A DNA stretch of 64,000 bases from Tubulanus polymorphus. Its lineage: Eukaryota > Animalia > Nemertea. The notes beneath the pieces are model-generated. The model worked only from the letters and a program-made list of their open reading frames with translations. It was not told where the DNA came from and ran no database searches. This document shows, piece by piece, positions 36,900 to 47,500 of the stretch; the stretch's first letter is position 1; the number at the start of each line of letters is the position of its first letter. The DNA is taken from NCBI RefSeq assembly GCF_964204645.1, contig NC_134029.1:17044950-17108949 (forward strand), read 5' to 3'. The position numbers and the translations under genes were made by a program.

Positions 36900-37784
36900 T
36901 TACTTTTTGAGTGTTAGATAATCAATTTCTGAATCACTTTCACTATCAGACGGCTCTAACAACATATTTAAATGCTCTACCGAATCTACATTAACATCTT
37001 TATAATTTTTTTTCAGCTTTTTCACCTTTTTCGCCTTTTTATCCTTTTTTATCCTTTCTATCATATCATCAAAAGTTTCTACTTTATGTTTCATAGAATC
37101 TTTAATATCAATATGTTTAACTGTAACTATATCATCATGTGGGTGCTTTATGGCATCATTTTCATTATCATCTTTATTAGTGTTTGCTCCTAATATTTCA
37201 TTTACAGTGTTTGATCCTAATATTTCATTAGCATCGGTTAAATCTAATTCATCTTTATTAGGTGTTGCTGATAATAAATCTTCATACATTTTTTCACCAT
37301 TTACTTTTTTATTTGAAACAAACTTTGTAACATATCTAAATGGGTGTTCTATAAATTCTTTTTTACCAACACGTTCTATAACATTAGTAATATGTGAATT
37401 TGTATTCATATGTTTATTCCAATTTGATGGAGCGTTTGAAAATTCACCATTACAATAACCACAATAATTTCTATTTTCACTAACATTTAATATTATTGCA
37501 TTATTAGATGTAGAAGGTATTATATTATTTGATGTAGAGGGTATTACAGATGTAGAAGGTATTATATTATTTGATGTAGAAGGTATTACATTATTATCAA
37601 TTACATTACTTAAATTATCAACAACTTCACTTTTATTATTATCGATTTCTATCAGTTTAGTTTTATAATTTTTAAAAATAGGATCAAATATCAAAGCTAT
37701 ATTACAAGGTATTACATAATATAAACCATCATTATTTTCATGTGTATCGATGTATGGAATATGTTTATATACTTTACCTTCCAT
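36900..37784 (-). CDS. B-specific zinc-finger protein with IPSTS repeats
   Basis: CGYC...HMNTNSH; acidic and basic tail. Confidence 0.75.
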   Translation of the reverse strand: MEGKVYKHIPYIDTHENNDGLYYVIPCNIALIFDPIFKNYKTKLIEIDNNKSEVVDNLSNVIDNNVIPSTSNNIIPSTSVIPSTSNNIIPSTSNNAIILNVSENRNYCGYCNGEFSNAPSNWNKHMNTNSHITNVIERVGKKEFIEHPFRYVTKFVSNKKVNGEKMYEDLLSATPNKDELDLTDANEILGSNTVNEILGANTNKDDNENDAIKHPHDDIVTVKHIDIKDSMKHKVETFDDMIERIKKDKKAKKVKKLKKNYKDVNVDSVEHLNMLLEPSDSESDSEIDYLTLKK

Positions 37785-37816
37785 TTATTATATATATTTT
37801 TATTAAAGTTAAAATT

Positions 37817-39064
37817 TTAATACATAACACTATCTAATTGTGAATTTATAATATTTAATTGCGCGTCAGATATAATATAAATGTGCATTTTAAAATTTTT
37901 GATTCCCTTTTTCTTTGTCATGAATAATTGTATTCCATCTTTAGTGTTTTGTAGTTTTTTTCCAGAACCATGTAATAAGTTATCTTCAGTTGTTCTAAAA
38001 TCTAACCATAATGCATATTTATTACCGGTATAATAATCAATTTGATTAATGTTACAATTTTCAAATGATTTTATTTTTTCATTCATAAAATGTTTTTTAA
38101 TTTCTACCCATTGATCTATCATTCTCATTCCTTGACAAAATATTTTATTCGCTATACCTTCGATAGTTATTTCTACTTTTGTTATTTCAGGATTATAATA
38201 ATTATCAACATTTATTGCACCATTAGTATACGTTCCAATAGTAAAAAATATTAATATACCTTTAATAGATCTTCTAGGAAAGTTAATATTCTCATTAATT
38301 ATTTCATCATTTGCATTAATAGTTACAGTTTTAAATTTATCAATATAATCATATAATAATGAAAACCCTTGATTGTATTGAGTTTGAATTATACTTGAAA
38401 TATTTTCATCAGTTACTGTATCATATTCTAAACATATATTCGATAATTTATAACTCATATCTTTATTAACGCTAGATAATACAATTTCATTTACAGGAGC
38501 AAATGTTATTTCGAATATAATATCTTCTTGAATTGCGTATTTATATAAAGGTGCATTATTATTTATCAATTCAAAGTCTAATGGAATTTTATATTTGCTT
38601 CCATATATACTTTTTATCAATTTATCTACATCATTTGTTAATATTGCGCTATTAGCTTCTGATCTTAATTTATTTTGGTTTTCCGATTGGATGCCTTGAA
38701 ATATCATATTATTTCTATTTTCTTTAGTTAACCATAAATCTTTATAATGCATAAATAAATTATAATCATCTAATGAGAAAACTGTTTCCGGACCAATCTT
38801 TATTGTTAACTTTTTAATCAAATATCTTCCAACATTATCAACAACATAATTATTATTATTGCCAGATACTTTTATATCGGCTGATAAATAAATACTGTTT
38901 GGAACATAAAAAGTATTTTGTGTTAATCTAGGAATTCTAACGTATAAAGTTTCATCGGGATTAATATTTGAAGGGTTATGAGTAATTATATGATGTGATC
39001 TTTCTGCTTTAATAGCGTTAGATATTCTAGAAATCTTCGAAGGACTTATATAAATCCCACTCAT
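37817..39064 (-). CDS. Major capsid protein (double jelly-roll, inferred)
   Basis: 415-aa beta-rich ORF highly conserved between A and B; THNPS, LYVRIP, PRRSIKGIL, ALWLDFR; position in the structural block. Confidence 0.8.
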   Translation of the reverse strand: MSGIYISPSKISRISNAIKAERSHHIITHNPSNINPDETLYVRIPRLTQNTFYVPNSIYLSADIKVSGNNNNYVVDNVGRYLIKKLTIKIGPETVFSLDDYNLFMHYKDLWLTKENRNNMIFQGIQSENQNKLRSEANSAILTNDVDKLIKSIYGSKYKIPLDFELINNNAPLYKYAIQEDIIFEITFAPVNEIVLSSVNKDMSYKLSNICLEYDTVTDENISSIIQTQYNQGFSLLYDYIDKFKTVTINANDEIINENINFPRRSIKGILIFFTIGTYTNGAINVDNYYNPEITKVEITIEGIANKIFCQGMRMIDQWVEIKKHFMNEKIKSFENCNINQIDYYTGNKYALWLDFRTTEDNLLHGSGKKLQNTKDGIQLFMTKKKGIKNFKMHIYIISDAQLNIINSQLDSVMY

Positions 39065-39118
39065 TTATTTAACAAAAAAAATTAATTATTTATTTTTGAT
39101 ATTTTTTGATATCATGGT

Positions 39119-40552
39119 TTACTTGATATTTTTTGATATCATATTTACTAACCCAAAAATAATAGCACTTACAACTGTAATTAAAAATAAAATAATATGT
39201 TCAGCAGCAAAGTTAATAATGTTTCCTGCAGATTTCAATATAAAACCAACAATTGAAGCAATAACTCCTGGCAATGCTGCAGCAGATTTCTTTGATAGTT
39301 CCCATAAATATTTTGCTAATTTCTTTAAACCATCTTTAACTTTATCTTGTATAGAATTATTACCTGGAGGTTTATCCGGTTTATTGGGAGTAGGAGTATA
39401 TTTCAAAGCATTTGATATAGCTAAACCTATTGTTGTAAATAACATAGTTACAGCTGTTAGAATTGAAAGAATTGTTATTCCTTCTAATTTAAATAATAAC
39501 TTTATTCTATCTTTTAATGATATTTCAGAATTTGGTTTAATCAACAAATCTTTAAAAATAACTTTTAATCTATTAATATTATAATCATATGATTTTAATA
39601 ATAATTTAATTTCTTCTTTTTGTAATTCTATGTTATATTCTAAATCATCTTTTTCTTTTTCTAAACGTAATTCTTTTTGCCTATATTCTATTTCATCAAT
39701 TACTTGATGATCTAAATCAGACTTTAATTGTTCTATTTCTTTATTTTTATCAATTAATTCTTTTTCTAAAGTTCTAATTTTTTGATCTCTTATACTTTTA
39801 TTATGTGCAATATTTTCAGATGCAAGTCTTATACTAACAATTTCTCTTATTGCTTTATCAGAAAATATATCTAAATCTTCTAATTGTTGATTTGTTGCAT
39901 CAAGTAATCCATTTGGTAAAAGTTTTTCAGTTTGAACTTCTCTTGAATTAGGTTTACTAGTTTTGGAATTAATAACTTCTTTAGGAATTTTTTTTTGTCT
40001 TAAATTTGCATTAATTATATCAAAAAATTTAGCATTTCTTTGTTTAAATTCTTTTATATTATAATCTCTTTCTTCTTGTGTAACATCGGTTATAACATCA
40101 TCAATGATTTTCTTAATTCTATCTGGTTTAAATAAATTAAAAGTTGATTTTGTTATTATTTTATCACCACTTTTAAGATTTGAAATCTTAAAATAATAGT
40201 CGCCTTTCAATTTCCAATAATAATCACCATTTAAATATTTTAAATCTTTTACTAAATAATCCATACCTTTATTTGTTATATTGAAACCAGATCTTTTTAA
40301 TATTGGTTTAAATTCATGAATAATTTCATTATAATTGTATTCTTTTTCTGTTATTTCTGGTACTTCATTTTCAATACTTATCTTTGAACGTGTTTTATCA
40401 ATATATTGAGGTGTAGTTAAATTAGAATTATATGCTGATTCATCATCATTATCAATATTAGTTTTTGTATCATTATAATCATCATCAATATATCCTTTAT
40501 TATCATTTCCCATGTCATCCATTTCATAATCTTCTTCACCTTCTACATCCAT
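39119..40552 (-). CDS. Acidic N-terminus, coiled coil and C-terminal hydrophobic helices, 477 aa (putative membrane-active virion protein)
   Basis: GITILSILTAV..., AAALPGVIASIVGFIL..., C-terminal TM. Confidence 0.75.
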   Translation of the reverse strand: MDVEGEEDYEMDDMGNDNKGYIDDDYNDTKTNIDNDDESAYNSNLTTPQYIDKTRSKISIENEVPEITEKEYNYNEIIHEFKPILKRSGFNITNKGMDYLVKDLKYLNGDYYWKLKGDYYFKISNLKSGDKIITKSTFNLFKPDRIKKIIDDVITDVTQEERDYNIKEFKQRNAKFFDIINANLRQKKIPKEVINSKTSKPNSREVQTEKLLPNGLLDATNQQLEDLDIFSDKAIREIVSIRLASENIAHNKSIRDQKIRTLEKELIDKNKEIEQLKSDLDHQVIDEIEYRQKELRLEKEKDDLEYNIELQKEEIKLLLKSYDYNINRLKVIFKDLLIKPNSEISLKDRIKLLFKLEGITILSILTAVTMLFTTIGLAISNALKYTPTPNKPDKPPGNNSIQDKVKDGLKKLAKYLWELSKKSAAALPGVIASIVGFILKSAGNIINFAAEHIILFLITVVSAIIFGLVNMISKNIK

Positions 40553-40568
40553 TTACATAATAAAAAAA

Positions 40569-41870
40569 TTAAAATTTAAAATATAATATTCCTCCGATTA
40601 CAATTCCTATACAAGTTATAGCTAATTTAGTATTTTCATGGGATTTATTATCATCATTAGTTTTAATTATATCATGTTGAATTTTATCAGTTCTATTATT
40701 TTCTGATGTATTGTAATCTTTTATTTTGGAATCATTATTTAATTTAATATTCTTAGTTTTAGTTTCTGTTGATTGAATATGTTTTTTATTTTTTTCACCT
40801 TCCATTAATTTTGGAGCAGTAATTATCTTTTTATTTATATCATTTAATCCAAATGAATTATTTATTGTTGCAGTTTTAATAAGATTATTATAACCAATTA
40901 TGTTTCCCATCTTTAATACTAAATCATTAGAAATGATTAATAGATTAGGGCCTATACAATAATTAAGTCTTACATGAGATTTATCTAAATAATTTTGATA
41001 TCTTATAATGTTTTCTGGAATCGATCTATTTTTATCATCATGTATGGAATCTTCAAATAAAACTTTAAACTGTTTCTGCGCATCGAATGAAGTGTTATCA
41101 TTTCCAATTATTGGGGATCTTGTTTCAACTTGGGCGCCTAGAATACATATCAAATAAATTCTAATAGATTGATTTATTCTTTGTATACCTGATTTTGTAA
41201 AACCTTCACCATTTTCTAAAATGAAATTAACCCAACCATTATTATTATCAATTTTATAATTATGATAAGCTCCAATTCTATGCATATAATCAATTCTTTT
41301 TATTTCATACTGTTCACCAACACCTTGCAATTTACCATGCGCTCTAAAATCGGAATTAATATTTATATTAAATTCATTACATATTTTATAAAACTTGGAT
41401 ATATTAATATTATTATCTAATTCTTTAAAATATTTAGACCCGGGTAAAGGACATTCTAATTCATTTAATATTATTCTGATTTGAAAATATGTGTGAAATC
41501 TAAATATTGTGTGAATTAATTTTAAATCAGAATACTTCAAATTTTTATCTAAGTTATTTAAATGATTATTCCAACTAATTCCACATCCTGTTGTTGCACA
41601 ATAAACAGCAAAATTTAATTGATTCTGCCAATACTTCATATTAGATTTTACTTTATATTTATGATATTCATCTCGAGTAAAAGTAACTTCATATGTATTA
41701 AATATATTTTCCATTTTAGAAATAAAAAACTGTGATTCATTAACATAAATTTCTAAATTAGTTAATGAATTTAAAACTACATTTTTATATGTAATATTTT
41801 TCTTAAAATCTATTGCCGGAATATTATATTTAATTGATTTATTATATTGGAAAGCTTTTGGAAACCCCAT
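40569..41870 (-). CDS. Polinton protein with C-terminal TM, 433 aa
   Basis: Open ORF; homolog in A. Confidence 0.8.
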   Translation of the reverse strand: MGFPKAFQYNKSIKYNIPAIDFKKNITYKNVVLNSLTNLEIYVNESQFFISKMENIFNTYEVTFTRDEYHKYKVKSNMKYWQNQLNFAVYCATTGCGISWNNHLNNLDKNLKYSDLKLIHTIFRFHTYFQIRIILNELECPLPGSKYFKELDNNINISKFYKICNEFNININSDFRAHGKLQGVGEQYEIKRIDYMHRIGAYHNYKIDNNNGWVNFILENGEGFTKSGIQRINQSIRIYLICILGAQVETRSPIIGNDNTSFDAQKQFKVLFEDSIHDDKNRSIPENIIRYQNYLDKSHVRLNYCIGPNLLIISNDLVLKMGNIIGYNNLIKTATINNSFGLNDINKKIITAPKLMEGEKNKKHIQSTETKTKNIKLNNDSKIKDYNTSENNRTDKIQHDIIKTNDDNKSHENTKLAITCIGIVIGGILYFKF

Positions 41871-41886
41871 TTATATAATTAAAAAA

Positions 41887-42321
41887 TTAATAATTTATTA
41901 ATTCTTTTAATAATTTATCTTGTTCTTCAACTGTTATATGACCATTTAAACTTATTATATAATCTAGTGTGTTCTTTAATTTATTAATTTCTTTTATATT
42001 AGTTTTAATTTTTTCTTTATTACTTTTTATATTTAATTTTGAACTTATACCAGTTAAAACACTTGAACTTAATCCTAATACACCAATTGATATAGCTAAA
42101 GGTGTTAATGGACTGAATATTGCTAGAAATGTTATTACAGAACTAATTGTAACCGAACCACTTATAATCAAATAATATATAATTTTACTTTTTAAATATT
42201 TTTTCTTTTTTATCTTTAAGTCATTTTCAAATTCTAATATTTGTTTTTCTAAATATGTTTTTAATTTAGTTTTATTTATATCATGAGGAATAATATCAAT
42301 ACTATCAACTTTATCTTCCAT
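41887..42321 (-). CDS. Two-TM coiled-coil protein, 144 aa
   Basis: Hydrophobic hairpin flanked by Lys-rich helices. Confidence 0.8.
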   Translation of the reverse strand: MEDKVDSIDIIPHDINKTKLKTYLEKQILEFENDLKIKKKKYLKSKIIYYLIISGSVTISSVITFLAIFSPLTPLAISIGVLGLSSSVLTGISSKLNIKSNKEKIKTNIKEINKLKNTLDYIISLNGHITVEEQDKLLKELINY

Positions 42322-42340
42322 TTATTTAGAATAAAAATTA

Positions 42341-42763
42341 CTAATTAGTAAACTTATAAGCAACAAATATAACAATAACTGTTCCACCTAAAATCCAAAT
42401 TATTTCATATTTCTGTTGTTCTTTACTTGGGGTATAATAATCTGATAATTTAGGTTTGTATAGATGTAATTTTTCTTTATTTGTTACCGCGTTATATAAA
42501 CTCATTGCATCATCAACTGATTGAAAATCTCTATGTGAAATCTTCTGATCATATAATTCTTTGTTAATATAATCCATATAGTTTTGTCTCTTTTCTCTAT
42601 ATTCTTCTGCATCTTTATTATATTTCTCTAACGCTAAATTATGTCTTTTTTGTTCTCCTAATGAACCATTTTTATCAATATGTTTAAATAAATAACCACC
42701 ACCAGTAAATGCTAAAGCGTTAACAATTGCCAATCCTATAATAGTTATAATTGCAGAAGCCAT
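42341..42763 (-). CDS. Membrane/coiled-coil protein, 140 aa
   Basis: Homolog of A 16156-16578. Confidence 0.8.
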   Translation of the reverse strand: MASAIITIIGLAIVNALAFTGGGYLFKHIDKNGSLGEQKRHNLALEKYNKDAEEYREKRQNYMDYINKELYDQKISHRDFQSVDDAMSLYNAVTNKEKLHLYKPKLSDYYTPSKEQQKYEIIWILGGTVIVIFVAYKFTN

Positions 42764-42788
42764 TTATTTAGCAAAAAAAATTATGCAT

Positions 42789-43010
42789 TTATATGGGAGG
42801 AATATATTTTTGTTTTTCCAAATAATCAATAGTTAAATTAGATAAAGTAACTGCTAATGTTAATTTTAGAATATCATTGATATCAAATCTATCAACATTA
42901 ACACTTCCCATTTTGAATACTTTTTTTAATACCATTGAATAACCAACAGTTCCAACTGATAGTAATGCGCCATTATATAATCCAGTTATTATCCACTTAT
43001 TATCACTCAT
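42789..43010 (-). CDS. Small hydrophobic protein, 73 aa
   Basis: Homolog of A 13132-13353. Confidence 0.8.
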   Translation of the reverse strand: MSDNKWIITGLYNGALLSVGTVGYSMVLKKVFKMGSVNVDRFDINDILKLTLAVTLSNLTIDYLEKQKYIPPI

Positions 43011-43370
43011 TTATTTATCAAAAAAATTACTATCTTCAAAATATTTAGTTAACTTATTTATGATTAATTCAACATTTATTTTATTACTAGTTTTATGATT
43101 ATCATATATTTCAATTATTATTTTTTTAATATCATCGATGATAAAATCTTCATCTAATTCATAAAATCTTAAAGATTCTCTAATTAAATTAGTAATCTTT
43201 TCTACATTTAAAGTTTCTTTATCAATTGTTGTTTCATACTCAAATGTTGTTTCATTAGAAAATGTAATATTTTTGATATGTGTTATTACATCATTAATGT
43301 TAAATTTCATTTCTTTCTCACGTTTAAAATCAAATCCAAAACATATACTCGGTCCAACAGTTATATTCAT
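43011..43370 (-). CDS. Hypothetical protein, 119 aa
   Basis: Homolog of A 12775-13131. Confidence 0.8.
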   Translation of the reverse strand: MNITVGPSICFGFDFKREKEMKFNINDVITHIKNITFSNETTFEYETTIDKETLNVEKITNLIRESLRFYELDEDFIIDDIKKIIIEIYDNHKTSNKINVELIINKLTKYFEDSNFFDK

Positions 43371-43386
43371 TTATATATCAAAAAAA

Positions 43387-44142
43387 TTACTCTTTACATC
43401 TTATAACTAATTCATAAATTACAGGAAAGTTATTTAAATCAATTAAGTATCCATTATGATTTCTTATTTCTAATTTAAAATTATTAAATTTAGGAATGCA
43501 TGGTTTAAAATCACATTCTGTTAAATTATAATTTATTTGAGTTCCAAATTGTTTAACATTTTTTAGCGGTAAAATATTTAGTATACTAGAACTACAAATT
43601 GTTTCTTTAGTTGCTTCGAAAGTTTTTGTAGGCTCGATTAAATTGCAATAAATATAAAAGTGTGTAAAAGGTATTATATTTGAGCTGCCTTCTGCGTTTC
43701 CAGTAACTGTAAGAGGTTTAATTCCTAACATTTTAGCCAGTGGTTTGTTTACCATAAATTTATGTTGTTCATTAGATATCTTTATTCTTATTTTATTAGT
43801 ACTATCAATTTTATTAAATTTAATTTCAAATACAGAAGTGCCCCCGATTTTCAACCGAGCTCTTCTATTAATTTCCTGCGCTAATGATTCTAAATTATAT
43901 AATCCTGGTTTTAAAAATATATGAAACCATTTATCTTTATTTCTCATATAAATCATAAACCCTCTATGTTCAAAAGTTTTATCTGATATATTATAAAAAG
44001 AATTACATAAACTTATATTTACTAATTTTAAATCTACACAATTCTTAAATTCTCTATCTAATTGAACTAGTAAATTATGAGATTTATAATTTGTAAGCCT
44101 TCTAGAATCTACAAATATTCTGTATTCTTTTAATTCTACCAT
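43387..44142 (-). CDS. Minor capsid (penton-like) protein
   Basis: IFVDSR, KPGLY, FYIYCNLI, ILNILP, LEIRNHNGYLIDLNN: motif pattern of Polinton/virophage single jelly-roll pentons. Confidence 0.8.
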   Translation of the reverse strand: MVELKEYRIFVDSRRLTNYKSHNLLVQLDREFKNCVDLKLVNISLCNSFYNISDKTFEHRGFMIYMRNKDKWFHIFLKPGLYNLESLAQEINRRARLKIGGTSVFEIKFNKIDSTNKIRIKISNEQHKFMVNKPLAKMLGIKPLTVTGNAEGSSNIIPFTHFYIYCNLIEPTKTFEATKETICSSSILNILPLKNVKQFGTQINYNLTECDFKPCIPKFNNFKLEIRNHNGYLIDLNNFPVIYELVIRCKE

Positions 44143-44159
44143 TTATTTTACATATTTTC

Positions 44160-44501
44160 TTATTCGAAATCAATATCGTGGTGCCCTTTTTCATTCTTAC
44201 CTTTGTATATGAAATAGAAATCTCCAGAACATAATTCTTCTAGATCTTCACTTGATAATCTATGAAATCTATCTGGTAAATAAGTTCTGAATTTATATTT
44301 ATTTCCTTTTAATCCTTCATATTCTAAATGAATTACTAATTTATCTCCATATTTATTAGTAATTGTTTCAATGTTAGTAATTAAATATTTCTTATGAATT
44401 GTTAACTCAGTTAGTTTTTTAAATTTATAATCTACAGATTTGACGCTTGAAGTATCTTTAATTCTATCTAAGAATTCATTGTGTACTTGTTTACTCTCCA
44501 T
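44160..44501 (-). CDS. Small beta-rich protein, possible OB-fold ssDNA-binding protein
   Basis: YLITNIETITNKYGDKLVIHLE...TYLPDRF; adjacent to polB; fold is inferred. Confidence 0.6.
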   Translation of the reverse strand: MESKQVHNEFLDRIKDTSSVKSVDYKFKKLTELTIHKKYLITNIETITNKYGDKLVIHLEYEGLKGNKYKFRTYLPDRFHRLSSEDLEELCSGDFYFIYKGKNEKGHHDIDFE

Positions 44502-44529
44502 TTATTATACAATTTTTTATTGAAATTGA

Positions 44530-47500
44530 TTAACACGTTAGAATCCTTTTCATAATCTCATTTTCTTTTGTTTCTTCTCTTTTGAATTTTATATATTCAT
44601 CTAAATTGCAACCATAGGCGACTGTGTGGATTCCATCATCTAAAATATATCTTTTATCATCAAATGGGTTTAGACTTATCTTCTCTATCTCTTCAATATA
44701 CATTTCATGATCTTTAGATCTTAAACATTTCATCTTATGTTTTCTAACTTCTTCATTAAATATACAATTGATGTAATCTTTAAAATGAATATTCTTTTCA
44801 ACAACGCTTTTGGTAATTCCTTTTAACTTTTTAGCTTCATGAGTTTTGGTTTTATATGAATACATTTTAGATCTAATACCAATGAACTCTATCATTTCTT
44901 CACCACCTAATTCATCCTTAAACTTCCCAGGAACTTTTTTATTATCATTGTTAAACAATTCATGATCTTTAGGATAGTTACTAAAATCAAAATGATGTTT
45001 TAATGTTTTTAAATCATCTGTTATGTTATCAGTTTTTATCTTTAATATGTAACTGTCGGTATCAAAGTATAGTATTTCTATGTGTTTTTCTCCAAAATGG
45101 GGTTGTAATATGTTATAATAAAATTGATACATTAATAACTTTGAAATTTCTAGAACTGATGCACCAACATAAATAGGTTTATTGAACTTCATAGAAGTTC
45201 TTTTCATTTTAACTGCTGCTAAATTTTCATCAAATATTCTGTTACCTATAAACTTAGGATATGATTGTAAATGCCTAATTCTTTTACCATTACTGACTAA
45301 CTCGATATCATTTCTATTTCTTATGTTTTCACAAGTCTTACCATAGAATGCATTATTCATTAGTTTGAAGAAATCTTTTTCAAAATCAGTTTTAGATTTA
45401 GTTCTCTGTGTAGTATTAAAATCTATATATTTTTCTAACCACTTAGATTGACTGAATGAAATATATCTATGTACTTTTTTTAGAATCATTCCTTGATTCA
45501 AATAAAACTTCAACATTCTATAATGTACAACGTAATTATATTTATCTTCTTGAGTTACCATTAACTTTTCAGTATGAATATGATTATCGGGTTTAATTCT
45601 TTTTTGATAATTTGATAATTCTTCATGTTTAACAGTTTTATGTTCGGGACAATATGCTAGATTTCTAGATTTGAATTTAATATTTTCGGGGTATTCCAGG
45701 TCTACAACAAAGAAGTAACCAGTATCTGAATCATCTGCAATATCTAGGATTCTTTTCTTCCAATCAAATTTATCAATTTGTAAAACTTCAGTTATTTCAA
45801 ATACTCCATAAGGTTGTGGTTCCATCATTGCCCAACCATAAAGATTATTTGCATCTATGTATAATAATTTATATCCAGGATTATCATTTACATTGAAATA
45901 TCTATCACCCAATACACCTGAAACTCCTCCTCTTATAGATTTTTCAAATAATAGTAATTGGTCTATATTTGTTAACAAATCCATTTTTATATCTGTAAAT
46001 TTTAATCCACAATCCCATGTTAATCCTGGTGATGAATAACAATGACAAGGATCAATGTTAAAATATTTTAGGTTTACATCTCTAAACCTTTCGAATATAT
46101 CGGTTAATAATAATACATCTGATTTTAAATATAAATCTACTAATTGACCATGATTTTCTATTTTGAAATGATTCCAAATATTCAATGTTCTATTATAAAC
46201 TTCATCTTTAACATATTCATTTTTTAATTCATCATAAAATTGTTCTTTTAATAATTCAGTTATATTAAAATCATTATGATTTTTATAGAAAGAATATGGA
46301 ATCGCTCCTTTATATCTCATTAATTTAAAATCATCATAATTTGGGTAATATTCTTTTAATATCTTTAATTCATAATCAACTAATGATTTTGATAGATTGT
46401 CTAATGAACTACTTAAAAATCTATATGAATCTATAAATCTTAGACAACCAAATTGGAATGATATATAATTCTCAGATGTTTTAGCTAACATTCTAAATTT
46501 ATAAGTTGGTATTTTATCTTTTGATCTATTTGAATTTAATATTTCTATTTCATTATTGATTTCTTCTATTTTATGACATAACTGTTTGATAAATAAATGT
46601 GCATCATATCCTGATAGATTATGAAATATAACTGGTACAAAGTTAATTTTCTTAGCTTGTAAGTTACAATTCTCATGTGCAGCGCCTCTAAACTTTCCAT
46701 TCAAATGATCATGGTCTCTTACTTTTTTATCTTTATAATTAAATATCTTTTCACAATAATAACATTTATCTGCAAACTCAAATTCTTCTTTATCTTCTTC
46801 TGTCATTATAATTTCTATATTTTTATTTAACTTTTCATTAAATCTTATTTCATATTCAATTAATAAGTCACAAAAATGATTGATAACATTTTCATTTCTA
46901 TAATTATAATATTCACTTTTAATTAGTTCTGGATAATCAGATTTAATATATAACCCGAAAGCTGCAGCTGATTGATGAATCTTTTTAATAGTATTTGTTA
47001 TTGGTGGTTCATCTGAATAATCACTTTCATTAGAATTTAATTTCTTTCTTTTATAATATATATCTTTTCTATCTTTATCTGTTAATTCTTTATTTAATGA
47101 TTCAAAATCTCCATATATTACAAATGGTACTTTATTTTTGTAATCATATTTTTTGAATTCTAATATTTTATCTTTTTCATTTGGTAAAACTAATTTACAA
47201 TAATCATGATTATCACATAGTTGTTTATGATTTAATAATGTACTTTCATTACTAAATTTATGTAAACATTTTCTACATAGATATATTTTATTATGGTGAT
47301 CACTTTCTGTTCTAAAAAATAAATCTATTTGTTTAATCCACATATAATGATTCTCATAATATAATATATCTATAACATCGTTTGAATCATAATCTTTTGA
47401 TAGATATAAAGGTTCTAATGTATAATGTTTAATATTATTTCCTTTTGTATTTGGTAATTTGATTAAATCAAATACATTTATTTTAAGATTATTATCTCTT

